DNA of 64,000 bases from Callorhinchus milii (lineage: Eukaryota), in the NCBI RefSeq assembly GCF_018977255.1, contig NW_024704742.1, forward strand, positions 89,654,001-89,718,000, given 5' to 3'. The position numbers were made by a program, and so were the translations under genes. Below, in pieces: positions 1 to 11,996 of the stretch (the first letter of the stretch is position 1; each line of letters opens with the position of its first letter). Under the pieces are notes generated by a model. The model saw only the letters and a list, made by a program, of their open reading frames with translations, was not told the DNA's origin and did no database searches.

Positions 1-344
1 ACAATGCTCTTATTGTAAACAAAATCTTTAACAGTGTTTCCAACACTGGGGTTAATTGGTGATGGTGATAAGAAACATAGTCAGATTGCAGACTTTTGCG
101 AAATGCCAAATTTCAAATGCTTGTTTTACCTGGAACTAATGTGCTTTGACATATAGTCTCCAGAGGCTGTGACCCATCAAAGTTAAAAGATAAATTATTA
201 TTAGCAGCTACTGTATTGATGCAGTTTTATCTCCCATTATTAATAAAGAATATTCATCCATGCATTTGATATAGCGCTTTAATCTGTTTATTTTTAAATC
301 TGCTTATTTTTACATTCTTATTTTTTCTACCTGGGCACTACCTT

Positions 345-545
345 CGCTCAATGACCACTGGCCTACATCATGTCCCTCTGCCCCGTCCACCCCATCATCG
401 GCGGGTAGGCATTTAGACATTCTATCCCAGCTCTATACAACTCCATCCTGGAATCCCTCCACATTACACCGTTCCTCACCTCTTTCAAGGCGCATCTTAA
501 AATGGATCTCTTTGCCTGTGCATTTAATCATCTTTCCACTGCCCA
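345..545 (+). mobile_element. L2-clade LINE 3' fragment (degraded)
   Basis: Similar to the 3' end of the L2 copy at 6310-6480 (CCCATCATCGGCGGGTAGGCATT..., CTTTCAAGGCGCATCTTAAAA). Followed by a SINE tail fragment at about 561-658. Confidence 0.65.
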
Positions 546-697
546 CCCCCCCACCACCCCAAAACACACAGTCACACAGTTTACAATAAATCCTATGAAG
601 CATTTTGAGACATCCCTCTGACATGAATGGTGCCATACCAAATGCAAGAATATTTTTTATCATAAAAAAAGTATCATTCTGCGCTTTCACAAAATAG

Positions 698-1060
698 ATA
701 ATAATAATCCTTACATTCGATATAGCACTTTTCACGTCTTCTAGACATTTCAAAGCACTTCACAGAATGTACGGTAAAGTGAATTGACTGTATGTTTGTA
801 GGCGAAATGCAACAGCCAATTGGGCACAGAAGTGACCCATAAATAGTCGTAGATTGAATATCCAGAATTTTTTTTCTAGGATTATTATCCCTGGAATAAT
901 GATCCATAAATCGACTAACAACTGGGTTCCTACTTACTGCTAGGTAAACAGAGGTGTATAGAGTAATGAAACTTGTCCAACATTTTGCCCTGCCGGGAAT
1001 AGAACCCAGGTCTCTTGCCTGCGAGGTGAGTGCTCTAACCACTGAGCTACAGAACTCCAC
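698..1060 (-). mobile_element. SINE family A, long variant, full length
   Basis: Reverse complement begins GTGGAGTTCTGTAGCTCAGTGGTTAGAGC (tRNA-like A box) with a degenerate B box, and ends in ...GCTATATCGAATGTAAGGATTATTATT. Confidence 0.9.
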
Positions 1061-1209
1061 GAATGATAGAGAGTCCTTAATTAATGATAAGATTTCCTGG
1101 TAACATAGTTGAAGAATGTAGCATTGTAAGGAAGGAGAATTAATATTCAGTTAAAATGGAATGATCCCCTGAAACATCCAGAATACGTGATTGTGTCTTT
1201 ATTGCTGTT

Positions 1210-1380
1210 TGGCTCTTGCCAACTTACTCCCATTATGCTCTAGAATTGGGTCCCTCTCTCCAGGGAGAAAGACACAGAGAAATTTCAATGTGTAGGTGGC
1301 CTACATACATCAAACTCTTAGTCTGGTTTGGATACTCTTAAGCATGGTGATGGGTTTCTGCATGTGTCAGACTGACCGAA
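1210..1380 (+). mobile_element. 3' terminal fragment of RTE/RTEX-like element
   Basis: Matches 41367-41570 (TTGGCTCTTGCCAAC...TTAAGCATGGTGATGGGTTT...GACTGACC). Confidence 0.65.
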
Positions 1381-2329
1381 TCCAAAAAGTTATCATAACA
1401 TTTATCTGAAAAGATATGAGCATTGCTCCCTTATCTGGGCTAGCTTTTCCATTACTTCTATCACAAGGTATTATAAACAGGTCAAAGGTTCTTTTTGGGT
1501 TGTATCTCCTATGGGTGTTTATAACGTTTTCTGTGGACCAAACATAATAAGCGACAAGAGTGTTTTTTTGCTGAAATTGCTCCCACTGTTTCCATGGTTA
1601 TTGCACAGATTGGAAAAGAGGAATCCAGTCATTGAGGAATCCATTGGGAATGGGGTAGGGAATGTCGGCTCAGTAACCAATAACGTAAGTTGAAAGGACC
1701 AGGGAAAGCTACATCTTTAGAGAGCATTATTATTCTGAACTCAACTGCATGTCACCACTCATTACATGCCCCATACTTGTTGTCACCCCTCCTTCCACCA
1801 ACTAACAGCGTCCATGGACTGAAAGAATCAGAATAGCACAAGATGAAAGGAAGCAGAGAGAATAAAAATGGATAATGAGCATTATCTGACAGATCAAAGA
1901 AAAAACATACCTTGATTTGATCTGTGATGCAGTTGAATTCCCAATGGATCTGGTGTGAAAAATTGGTTAACAACCGGACAAACCAAAGGGAGCTCAAATA
2001 GAATATAACACAAGCAAGAAAAGTAATAATCCTTACATTTGAAATAGCATCTTTCATATTGGCCAGACGTCACAAAGCGCAACCAGGATTTTACTTTAAA
2101 TGAAAGTAACCATATTTGTAAGCCTATGCGACAGCCAATTTGCAGACTACAATGCTCCAGAAGTAGCTGCTATCAGGTTAGGAGCACAGTGCCAAAGGCT
2201 CACCTGCTAATGGTGGGGTCCTCAAGGGGTCAAGAAATGCGCTACAGGCCAGAGTTAGCCGAGATGAGGGACAGACAGGAGAATGAGGTTGGAGAAAGTA
2301 ATGGAAATAGAGAGCGGTCAACCTCTCTA

Positions 2330-2640
2330 CAGCCCGGGCAGAGCAAAACCTTAGACAAGTTTTCTTACTCCACAAGCCTCTCTTTACCGAGCAGTGAGTA
2401 GGAACCCGGATGTTAGTTGATTGGCGAATCACTTTCTGGGGGTAATAATCCCTTTAAAAACAATGTGTTCACTCAATCCACGATTGCTTGTGGGACACTG
2501 ATGTGCGCAATTGGCTGCCGCGTTTCAATCAGAAAATATACAGTCAATTAACTTTACAGTATATTCTGTGAAGCGCTTTGAGACGTCTCAACATCATGGT
2601 AAGATGTTTATCAAATGCAAGAATTATAGGATTATTATAA
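2330..2640 (+). mobile_element. SINE family A, long variant, 5'-truncated
   Basis: Body and tail match the other family A copies; the A-box part of the head is missing. Confidence 0.85.
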
Positions 2641-2754
2641 GACTGTAAGGGTGCAGAGAGGTTTGAGAACAATTATATCTATTTGGCAGCCCTTTTCCTG
2701 CTTTGCTAGGTTATATCAAATAAAGATCAAACTGATGGGGTGAGGTTGGCGGGC

Positions 2755-3270
2755 ATAAGAACACAAGTGAGGTTCAGATGAAGAAGGCCCTTTGACACTA
2801 ATGCCATCACCTTTACAATATCAAGCCGTTTCTTAAAAGAGTACTGAATTTTGGTATCAACCGTCTTTTCTGGTAACCTGTTCCAGGTATTATTATCAAT
2901 AAAAATAATAATAATCCTTATGTTTGGTATAGTGCTTTTCACATCAGGAGGACGTCCCAAAGTGCTTCACAGGATTTACGTAAGTGCAGTGAGTGTCTTT
3001 TGTGGGCGAAAACCCTTTGTGGAAATAAATATTTCCTATTATCTGTCCTCAAATGGCCCTTTGAAACCCTGAATCTGTGTTCTCTTATTCTGCTGCTTTG
3101 CCATTTCTGAAAGTACGATATTGCTGGGTTTCCATTCTCAATCCCATTTAAAATCTTGTATACCTCTGTAAGGTCCTCTTTGAGTTGTCTCTTTTTCAAG
3201 ACTGAAGAGCCCTAGCTTATCTGATTGTCACTCATAGCTCATTCCTCTAACACTGAGCATCATTTTCTCT
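2755..3270 (-). mobile_element. CR1 LINE 3' region, interrupted by a SINE tail (about 2900-3010)
   Basis: ORF track 2939-3199 (-) gives KKRQLKEDLTEVYKILNG...RTDNRKYLFPQRV and 2727-2960 (-) gives WNRLPEKTV...SFKKRLD, typical of the CR1 ORF2 C-terminus. Confidence 0.8.
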
Positions 3271-3277
3271 GAACCTG

Positions 3278-3515
3278 GGGAGGTGAGGAGAAATTTTTTC
3301 ACTCGGCAAGTTGTTTGGATCTGGAATGCATTGCCTGAAAGGGTGGTGGAAGCCGATTCGATAACAACTTTTAAGAGAGAAGTGGTTCATTATTTGGGGA
3401 GGACAAGTTTGCAGGACGGGGGACTGGAAAGCGGGGAAGTGGGATTGAATTGGATAGCTCTTTTCAAATGGGCCGAATGGCCTCCTTCGGTGCTGTATAA
3501 TTCTATGATTCTATG
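3278..3515 (+). mobile_element. CR1 LINE 3' end
   Basis: RRNFFTRQVVWIWNALPERVVEADSITTFKRE, then GGGCCGAATGGCCTCCTT and the ATTCTATG tandem tail typical of CR1. Confidence 0.9.
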
Positions 3516-3849
3516 AGCCCCCTTTAGTCGCAGTGCCAAGAGCTTTCAAAATCTGTCTCAATATTCCAAGTCTGGAATTTGAATTGTGCAGATTTTCAGC
3601 CCAAAAAATCCCTTTGTGTTTTGAAAAATGAAGTCTGGGTGCTAGGAGGTTGAAACGAGAGGGTCAGCTAAACATTTAGAACTTAATTGCAAAGTAAACA
3701 AAGTAGAAAATTAAAATAGACAAGAGAATAGGAAAGTGAATGGTAGGTACGGAAACAGAAAAGGGACAACAGACTTAAAGTTTTTACATTTGTTTCAGGT
3801 ATTCATTCTTTATAGTGTAGAGATCATGTTACAGTAATACAGTGGGACC

Positions 3850-4837
3850 ACATTCTCTGGGTTCGAGTACTACTTGACACAACGCCATCATTTTGTCTCC
3901 ACAAATGGTTTCTCCTCCTGGCCCCACCAGGTCACCTGCAGTGTACCCCAAAGGTCTATCCTTGGGCCCCTCTTTTTTCTTATTTACATGCTCACACTCG
4001 GTGATGTCATCCGCACACATGGGTTCAACTTCTACATGTATGCAGATGACACCCAAATCTACTTTTCCTTCTCCAGCCGTGACCCCATGTTCTGCCCGTT
4101 TCCTTGTTTGACATCAAAGCCTGGATGATCGCCAACTTTCTGAAGCTGTGGACAAGACGGAAGCCATTCTCCTTGGCTCCTGTCATTGTCTTCTCACCTG
4201 CAGCTTGACCTCCTTAATAATCTCTCCAGCCTATCCCTTGGATTCATGGAACTTGTGCCCAATTGAGGTGTAGGCTTGATCCTCAGCTGTCCTTCCTACT
4301 CCACATCTGGTCTTTGACTAGGAACGCCTTCTCAACCTCCGTCACATTGCCCAACCTGCGACCGTACCTAACACCTGACATAGCTGAAACCCTTTCCACA
4401 CTCCTGCCTCAATTATTCCAATACCCTCCTTACCAGTCTCCCCAGCTTCACCATTCATAAAATCTAATTGATTCAAAATTCAGCTGCCTGTCTCCTCACA
4501 TGTACCAAACTCTACAGCTCCTTCACCCCAGCCATTGCCAGGTTCCCTATTATAGAATGGCTCAATTTCATGAGTTCATGCTCACATAAAGGTCACGTCA
4601 CACCTGCTCACACCCCGCAACTCTACCCGCCCCCTTTACTCAGCTGCCTCCAGCCTCCTGCACATCCCTCATCTTCTCCGCTTCACAATCAGCAGCCATG
4701 CTTTCAGCGACTATATCCCGAATCTTTGGATATCTCTGTCTGAATCCCTCTGCCTTGCCCCCTCCTTGCCCTTATTGGATTGTGCCTGAAGACCTTCCTC
4801 TTCAACTGTGCCTGCAGTCACCTCCCCTCTCCTGTAG
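3850..4837 (+). mobile_element. Older L2 LINE ORF2/RT fragment; its 3' tail resumes at about 6809-6890
   Basis: VPQRSILGPLFFLIYM and YMYADDTQIY RT motifs in ORF 3874-4128; frameshifted downstream. The terminal segment lies after the nested SINE. Confidence 0.85.
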
Positions 4838-6803
4838 GGAGTCCTGTAGCTCAGTGGTTAGAGCACTCGCCTTGCAAGCGAGAAACCTGGGTTTTTATTC
4901 CCGGTAGGACGAAACCTTGGGCAAGTTTCCTTAGTCCACACGCCTGATAATAAACCTCTCTCTCATGACCCACCCCCCACCACTCCCCCCCATACTCCTT
5001 CAACCCTATCTCTCCCTCCTCCCTCACCACCTCGATCCTATTCCCCACCTCTCTCCTCATCTTCCAGCTCTACCTTTTGGCCCCTCTCCTGTCCGATGTC
5101 ATCAACCTTTCCTTATCCACGGTTCAGTTCCCACCCCTCTAAAAACAGACGTCATCACCCCCATCCCTCCTCTCCAGCTACCGCCCCATCTCTAACCTCC
5201 CATTCCTCTTCAAAGTCCTGGAACGAGTTGTTGCGTCCCAGCTCCGTTCCTTTTTTTCTTGCCATTCCCTCTTTGAAGCCCTCCAATCCGGCTTCCGCGC
5301 TGCCCACAGTAAGTAAACAGCCCTGGTCAAAGTCACCAATGACATTCTGAACATCTGTGATCAGGGCTCCCTCTGCCTCCTTGTCCTCCTCGACCTCTCT
5401 GCCGCCTTCAACATTGTTGACCACTCCATCCTCATACACCGCCTCTCCTCTTTACTTAATCTTCGCAGACTTGCCCTTATCTGGATCGAATCCTATCTCT
5501 CTCACTGTCTCCTCTTTGTTGCCTCTAACGGTTTCTCCTCCAGATCTGGAGTGCCCCAGGGCTCTGTCCTTGGCGCTCTCCTCATTAATATCTACATGTT
5601 CTCCCTTGGTGACATCATCCGCAGACATAAGGTCAACTTCCATACATCCGCGGACGACACCCAACTCTATTTTTCTGCCTCCACCCTCAACTCCAGGACC
5701 ACTGCTGTCCTGACAGACTGCCTGTCAGACATCAAGTCCTGGATGAGGCACGTTTCCTTCAGTAGAATATGAACAAGACTGAGGCCCTCCTGATTGGCTC
5801 GTGCCAGAGCCTCTGCGCCTCAGGCTCTGGCAGCATCAACCTTCATGGTTGCTCACTACAACTCACCAAGCCAGTGAGGAACCCAGGTGTTTTGTTCGAC
5901 CCTCAACTGACTTTTCTTCCCTACATCCAAGCCGTGACCATCTCTGCCTTCCCTCACCTCCATAACATCACCCGACTCCGCCACTACCTCACCCCTCAGA
6001 CCGCTGAAACTCTTGTTCATGCCTTCATCACCTCCAGGCTCGACTGCAAACTCCCTGCTTGTCGGCCTTCCCAACTCTTCCCTCCACAGGCTGCAGATAA
6101 TCCAGAACTTTGCAGTCCATGTCCTCTCCCGTACCAAACTCCGTGACCCCAGCTCCCCCATTCTCGTCTGACTCCATTGGCTCCCTATCCTTCAGATGAT
6201 CCAGTTCAAGATCCTGGTCCTCACCTACAAAGCCCTCCATGACCTCGCCCCATCCTACCTCTGCGATCTCCTAATCCCCTATCAACCCATCCGTTCCCTC
6301 CATTCAGCCAGCTCTGGCCTGCTCCACGTCCCCCAACCCACCCGCCCCACCATTGGTGGGAGAGCCTTCAGCCACTCTGCTCTCAACCTCTAGAATTCCA
6401 TCCCCCAGTCACTCCGCCTCGTCCCCTCCTTAGCCTCCTTCAAGTCCCGCCTCAAAACCCTCTTCTTTGACCATGCCATCGGTTACCCTCCTCCCCTTCC
6501 TTCTCCCCCCCTGACCCCAGCTCGGGTCTGAAATGCTGTACATTGTCCACCGCCTTGGAACTTCCTCCTGACTTGAAAGGCGCTATACAAATGTAATCTT
6601 GTTGTTGTTATTGTCAAGAAAAAACAATAATAGTTTTGATCACTCAGTCAACAACTGTTTGTGGGACACTGATGTACGCAATTGGCTGCCGCGTTTCGCC
6701 CACAAAATATACAGTCAATTCACTTAAGAGTATATTCTGTAAAACACTTTGAGACGTCTAGAAGACGTGAAAAGCGCTATATCAAATGCAAGGATTATTA
6801 TTT
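4834..6803 (+). mobile_element. SINE family A, short variant, split by an L2 insertion (halves about 4834-4958 and 6614-6803)
   Basis: The head runs to CACGCCTGATAATAAACCTC and resumes at TCAAGAAAAAAC, which is the contiguous sequence in the intact copy at 42632. Confidence 0.85.
4959..6613 (+). mobile_element. L2 LINE, 5'-truncated, relatively young (RT pseudogene)
   Basis: LSNLPFLFKVLERVV, LQSGFR, LLDLSAAF, PQGSVLG and SADDTQLY motifs, with frameshifts and stops. Ends in GAAAGGCGCTATACAAATGTAATC followed by (TTG)n. Confidence 0.92.
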
Positions 6804-6907
6804 TATATCTCTCCTCAGCTCAGCATCAAACTCCACCACTATTAAGTGCACTGAGAAGGGAGCTACATAAAGTTATTTTTGTTGTTGTCATACAGCTATT
6901 CCTGATA

Positions 6908-7160
6908 ACCATAGAATCATTGAATTATACAGCACAGAAGGAGACCATTCTTCCCATTGTATCTGTGCTGGCTCTTTGAAAAGCTGACCAAATCAATCCC
7001 ACTCCCCCGTGCTCTCCCCATAGCCCTGCAAACTTGTCCTCCCCAAATAATTATCTACTTCTCTCTTAAAAGTTGTTATCAAATCGTCTTCCACCACCCT
7101 TTCAGGCAATGCATTCCAGAACCGAACAACTCGCTGTGCGAAAAAAATTCTTCTCACCTC
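6908..7160 (-). mobile_element. CR1 LINE 3' end
   Basis: ORF 6993-7178 (-) RRIFFAQRVVRFWNALPERVVE; the CATAGAATCAT tail is at the left end. Confidence 0.9.
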
Positions 7161-7267
7161 CACTGTTTCTTTCAACACCCGAATAAGTTTTTTGGTGTAA
7201 TATTTGTGTGTATTTCAGTCACAATACGTGAGCTGAAGTCTGGCTAGAATGTTAGGACCATTTTAAT

Positions 7268-7795
7268 ATGACATGATGGGCTCCTTCTGATAAGCTGTCT
7301 GAGTTCCAACATTTTAGAAGGGCTTAAACCCAATTTGAGCAATTTCCTAGCAACTCTAAAGTCCTGATAAATGGTTTACTGGAGCACTAAAAGATTGCAT
7401 CTCGAAGCATCTAATTTTCTCATATTCTGTAAGTGTTTCCTTAATTCTGGTTTCTGCTGCTTATCTTCAAACGGTCATTCTGACTTTTGCTTCACTGTCT
7501 CTTTCTGTTGATGTACTTTGTCGGGAAAAATCTCATACAATCTCACACCAGGGTTTGCTTCTTTCAATCTATTATCTAAAGCAGTGGTAGACATCCCATG
7601 ACCCATGGTGGGTGGGTCATGATATGATGGGGTCCTTCTGATAAGCTGAAACGATGGAGTCCTTCTGATAAGCTGTCTGAGGTCCAACATTTTAGAAGGG
7701 CTTAAACCCAATTTGACCAATTTCCGAGCAACTCTAAAGTCCTGATAAATGGTTTACTTGGGCACTAAAAGCATCTAATTTTCTCATATTCTGTA
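7268..7795. repeat. Local direct duplication of about 165 bp (7268-7431 and 7619-7795)
   Basis: Near-identical blocks from GATGGG.TCCTTCTGATAAGCTG to CATATTCTGTA. Confidence 0.9.
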
Positions 7796-7799
7796 TTCA

Positions 7800-8090
7800 C
7801 ACCAATTCAAAATAATTGGCAAAAGAATCAGAGGGAAGCCGAGGAGAATTTTGTTTATCCAGTGAATTCTTACGGTCTGGAATACACTGCCTGAAAGGGT
7901 GGTGGAAGCAGATTCGATAGCAGATTTCAAAAGGGAAATGGATAGGTACTGGAAAAGGAAACATTAACAGTGCAATGGGTAAGAGTGGGGTAGTGGGACT
8001 AGATCGATAGCTCTTTCAAAGAGTTGGCACAGTAGGCGAGTCTATTTTAAATTCAAAGATGGGTCAAATGGCCTCCTTCTGTGATTCTCC
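7800..8090 (+). mobile_element. CR1 LINE 3' end
   Basis: TCTGGAATACACTGCCTGAAAGGGTGGTGGAAGCAGATTC...GATGGGTCAAATGGCCTCCTTCTGTG. Confidence 0.85.
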
Positions 8091-8289
8091 TATTTCTTGA
8101 TTTATGGCATAAATCAAGACATATTCAAGGAAGAAAATTGATTTTGTTAACTGACCAAACAAGTTGGCCACCACTGATCTAAGGTAAACTTGCAGTGGGG
8201 CTCTGTCTGAGCGATTTTACCTTTTTGTCAATGGGATAATGGGGAGTGGGGAGTGGACACCCAGTCTCCAGAAGCAATATAAGAGAGAA

Positions 8290-8570
8290 CACGACTGATC
8301 CCTGTGTAAGAGGGATGAACTATGAAGATTCACTAGATAAGCTAGGGTTCTTCGGCCCAAAGGTAATGTCTCTGAGGAGACATTATAGAGGTACATAAGA
8401 TGCTTTGTGGAACTGAGGAAGTGAACCCACAACAATACTTTCAAATATCCCAGAGGGACAGAACAAGAGTGCATCAGTTCAGTATTGCAAAGGGCAGTTT
8501 CAGGACAGATACTAGGAAGTATTTTTTTGCACAGAGGGGAATCCACAGGTGGAAAAATGTGTTGAGAAAG
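8290..8570 (+). mobile_element. Old CR1 LINE fragment
   Basis: Degenerate CR1 ORF2 C-terminal DNA (GGGATGAACTATGAAG..., AGGAAGTATTTTTTTGCACAGAGGG). Confidence 0.6.
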
Positions 8571-8719
8571 GATGTTTGAACTGTCAAAGGTCTTTCTTCA
8601 TCTGTTTGTAATATTATCATCATAATAATCCTACTTTTGATATACAATAGTGCCTTTCACATCAGAAGAACATCTCAAAGTGCTTCACAGGATTTACTGT
8701 AATGTGTAGTGACTGTAGG

Positions 8720-9260
8720 CGCACATCCTGCTTACCTAATCTCAGATACTATTAGGCACAAGTTGGCAAGATCCAAGGGCTGGGGACCCCAGATTGTGCA
8801 TTGGGAGTTGAACCAATACAAAGCTTGCCACAATGTGTGGCAAGCTTTCCTGCTGCTTGTCCAGCTAGGACCACCCCACCCATTAGGGTTTTGGCTTACA
8901 GGGTTAACAGATGCTGAGTGGAAAGATTCTCTGCCCCCAGTCCACACTCTGCCATTCTAAGTACTACTGATGAGCCAGGCGGGCTAGCTTGTCATCAGCG
9001 TGAGTATTGAAAACCTATCTGCTTCAGGAACTAGAGTACCAAGATAGACAGACGGTTGGCTCAATTCTGACATTCTGTTGCCAAATATGTCACTTTGCAG
9101 CCAGTTCAGATCCAAAGAGACTCTGCTTACAAGGAGAATAGTCAATAGTTGGTCATTTCACCTCCAACAAGCCTGGGTTTACATCCTCACTCGAGGAGTA
9201 AGCAAGTTGGAGAGGCAGGTACCAGGAACTCCCTGTGAGCTTCATAGCTCAGCATGAAAC
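8720..9260 (-). mobile_element. RTE/RTEX-like element fragment (ORF end plus 3' UTR)
   Basis: Reverse complement aligns with about 40858-41420, for example GGTACCAGGAACTCCCTGTGAGCTTCA versus TGAAAGCTCGCAGGGAGTTCCTTGTACC. Confidence 0.7.
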
Positions 9261-9340
9261 ACCAGCTAGCTATTGGCTGTAGACACCAAAGTTGTACATG
9301 CCATCCTCTCAAAAGTGCTCCATCAATATTAATTGCTAAT

Positions 9341-9600
9341 ATTCATTGCATTTGATGCAATGCCTTCCCTTCAGGAGGACAACTCAAAGCACTTCACAAT
9401 TTGCTGTAAAGTGAGGTGAATGTGTAATTTTATGGACAATGTATTAGGCAAGTTGCACACAGCAATATCCTACAAACAACCATGAAGTAAATGACCAATT
9501 CTATCTGATTGTTGGGCAGGACACCAGGAGAAAATCCCTTCTCTTTTCAAAGATTGCCCTGGGATCTTTAACATCCACTTGAACTGGCAGACGCTTCAGT
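9341..9600 (-). mobile_element. SINE family B (Deu-domain-like), partial
   Basis: GGGATCTTTAACATCCAC and GGACACCAGGAGAAA motifs plus the shared tail. Confidence 0.75.
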
Positions 9601-10066
9601 ATTATATGAAAGATTCCATGCCCAGCTGGTAGGTACTTCAAAGGAAGAATATTAACGACAGCGCATTTAATCTTCTCAAATCTACTTAATATTATTGTTA
9701 CTGTGTTCTTTTTTCGAGTTGTACTGTTCTGCTTACAAATGTGTCTGCTGATTTATGTGCACAAGCTGAAATTGAAATCAATAGAAAACAGAGATGCCGA
9801 GCATTTATGTTACAAAAGCAAGTTAATATCCTTATTCTCCTTGCCTGATGCAGATCAGACAATGAAAACCTAAGAGTAGTTTGTCACTGTGCCTTTCATT
9901 GCATTACAGAGGCAGGCTCCTGTGTTGGTTTCCCGTGAAAGGATATTAGAAAAACCAAACCTACAACACCGTCTCCTTTATCTATCAGGGTCGCTAGAAA
10001 CTTCAGATTATTGTAAGTAAACGCATGTGAAGATTGATATTTAATATGTTATAGAATGTACCCTTC

Positions 10067-10235
10067 CATAAGAACATAACAATTGCTAGATGAAAGAAGA
10101 CCAAGGTCCGTCCAGTTCGTCTTCCACCATCCTGGCAGGCGCTTGACATGTTGTGTCCCAAACTATACACTATATCCCGAGATATTATTTACTAACAGAC
10201 ATCTATCTAATTTATTCTTGAAACAATCAACACCA
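10067..10235 (-). mobile_element. CR1 3' end, same subfamily as 34643-36538 and 55665-56368
   Basis: CATAAGAACATAA tail and CCAAGGTCCGTCCAGTTCGTCTTCCACC, the reverse complement of the 3' UTR at about 36470-36538. Confidence 0.8.
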
Positions 10236-11996
10236 TAGACACAAACTTACAGAAGGCAGAACATTATGACAAAAATAATCAGAGGCCCCAAATTTTACAG
10301 ATTCTAGCTTTAAGACCCTTTTCTTAATATTTAAGACCATGAAGAATTTTGAAAAATTCTCAAATTCTACCTTAATTTGGAAGAATTAAGGAATACCAGC
10401 TTTGAAATTAAGATGGAATGTAAGAATTGTCCAAATTCCTGCATGATTTTAAATATCAACAAGGCTAAGACTATTTCTGGATTCTGGAGCCTAACATCCA
10501 GTGATCTCACCAGCTACTACACTGGGTTATCCTGGAAACATATGGTGTAGCAAGAGAAGTACAGTAGCTAGGTCCACCACCAGTGTGAATCATATTACGC
10601 ACCTAGTTATTAGTTAGACATGGCTATGCAAAAATTGGCTGTGAGTTCGCCTACAAATACACAGTCACTACACCTCACAGCAAAATCCTGCGAAGTGCTT
10701 TGAGACATCTCACCGATGTGATGAGACCCTGTATCAAATTGAAGGATTATTATGATAATCAATTATCCCACAACCTGACCAACATCTTTTAGTAGTGGCT
10801 GTGCTGGGAAGAGGAGGGAACGAGTGCTTCTGCAGATACTGCTAGAACCAGGTCTCACTTTACCAGATTGCAAATTCACAAACAATACGAGAGAAAAGTG
10901 CCAGACACTGATTGACTGTTGATACGTTAGTATTTGTGCATGTACACAGTTAGATTGTAAATTAATTCACATGGTCATCATTGATGTTCCAGCTTCTGAC
11001 AGTTAAGACATGCTGGTTATCTGTGAATGATTCTGAATAAAGATTCTTGTAAGTAAGGCTGCTATCTGTCACTATAAAACACTAAAAATACTTAGGTTGG
11101 CACAGCCCAATAATAATATCCTGTAAAGTGGATTGACTGTATTTTGTGGGGAAATGTGGCAGCCAATTGCCCACAGCACAGGTTGGAAATCTCCGACAGG
11201 CAAGCTTTGAAGTGATTTGTCCGGAGTTTCTCAGAAAGTTGCTTACATGTCCAACACTGCAAATAACAGTCTATTTCCAAAAGCTTTGGTTTATACAAAC
11301 AATCATCCTTCAATCTTGCAATATATGTTTTTCAGCATGTATCCTTAGCATACTTGCGCTGTCATTAAACACTCCATTGGTACCTTATGAATTTGTACAC
11401 CTTACTCTTTTCAGTGGGCTGGGATGTGAATACCTTTATTTTCAAAGGCAATTACTATGTTTGATGTTACTGAAGAAACCTACAAAAAATAACAAAACTA
11501 AAACACAGTAAACATAATGCAACAAACACCAAGCTCCATTTAACAGAAGGACAGCTCCAATTTTGCTTTCATTTCAAAGCATTCATTTCATCACTTAAGT
11601 GATAAAGTTGCCATGAGCCCACAAGTCGCAATGCAAAACTGTAAACCGCAGAAATAAACAACACAGATGATTGGGGATGAGAATCAAAAATGTCATGACT
11701 CATAGTATCAGTCTCGTGGAAAATGTCAAAGCAGCACAACACCAGCAGTTCTGGCAGATTATAGGCTCATACTATAAAGAAAATGTTAAATATTTGTTAA
11801 CTAACAAAAACAGTAGTAGTCATTTGATAAGAGAAGACATGACATATAAATCATGTAAGCAGATAGTGCAGCCTCACTAATAATTTGTAAGAGCTGACAA
11901 GACTAGTTTCAAACAGTGTGCTGTCTGCACTGGAACTGCAAGGACTTGAACAGACAACCTCAATGTCATTTTTAAATGAAACTCGGTTTCCCATTC

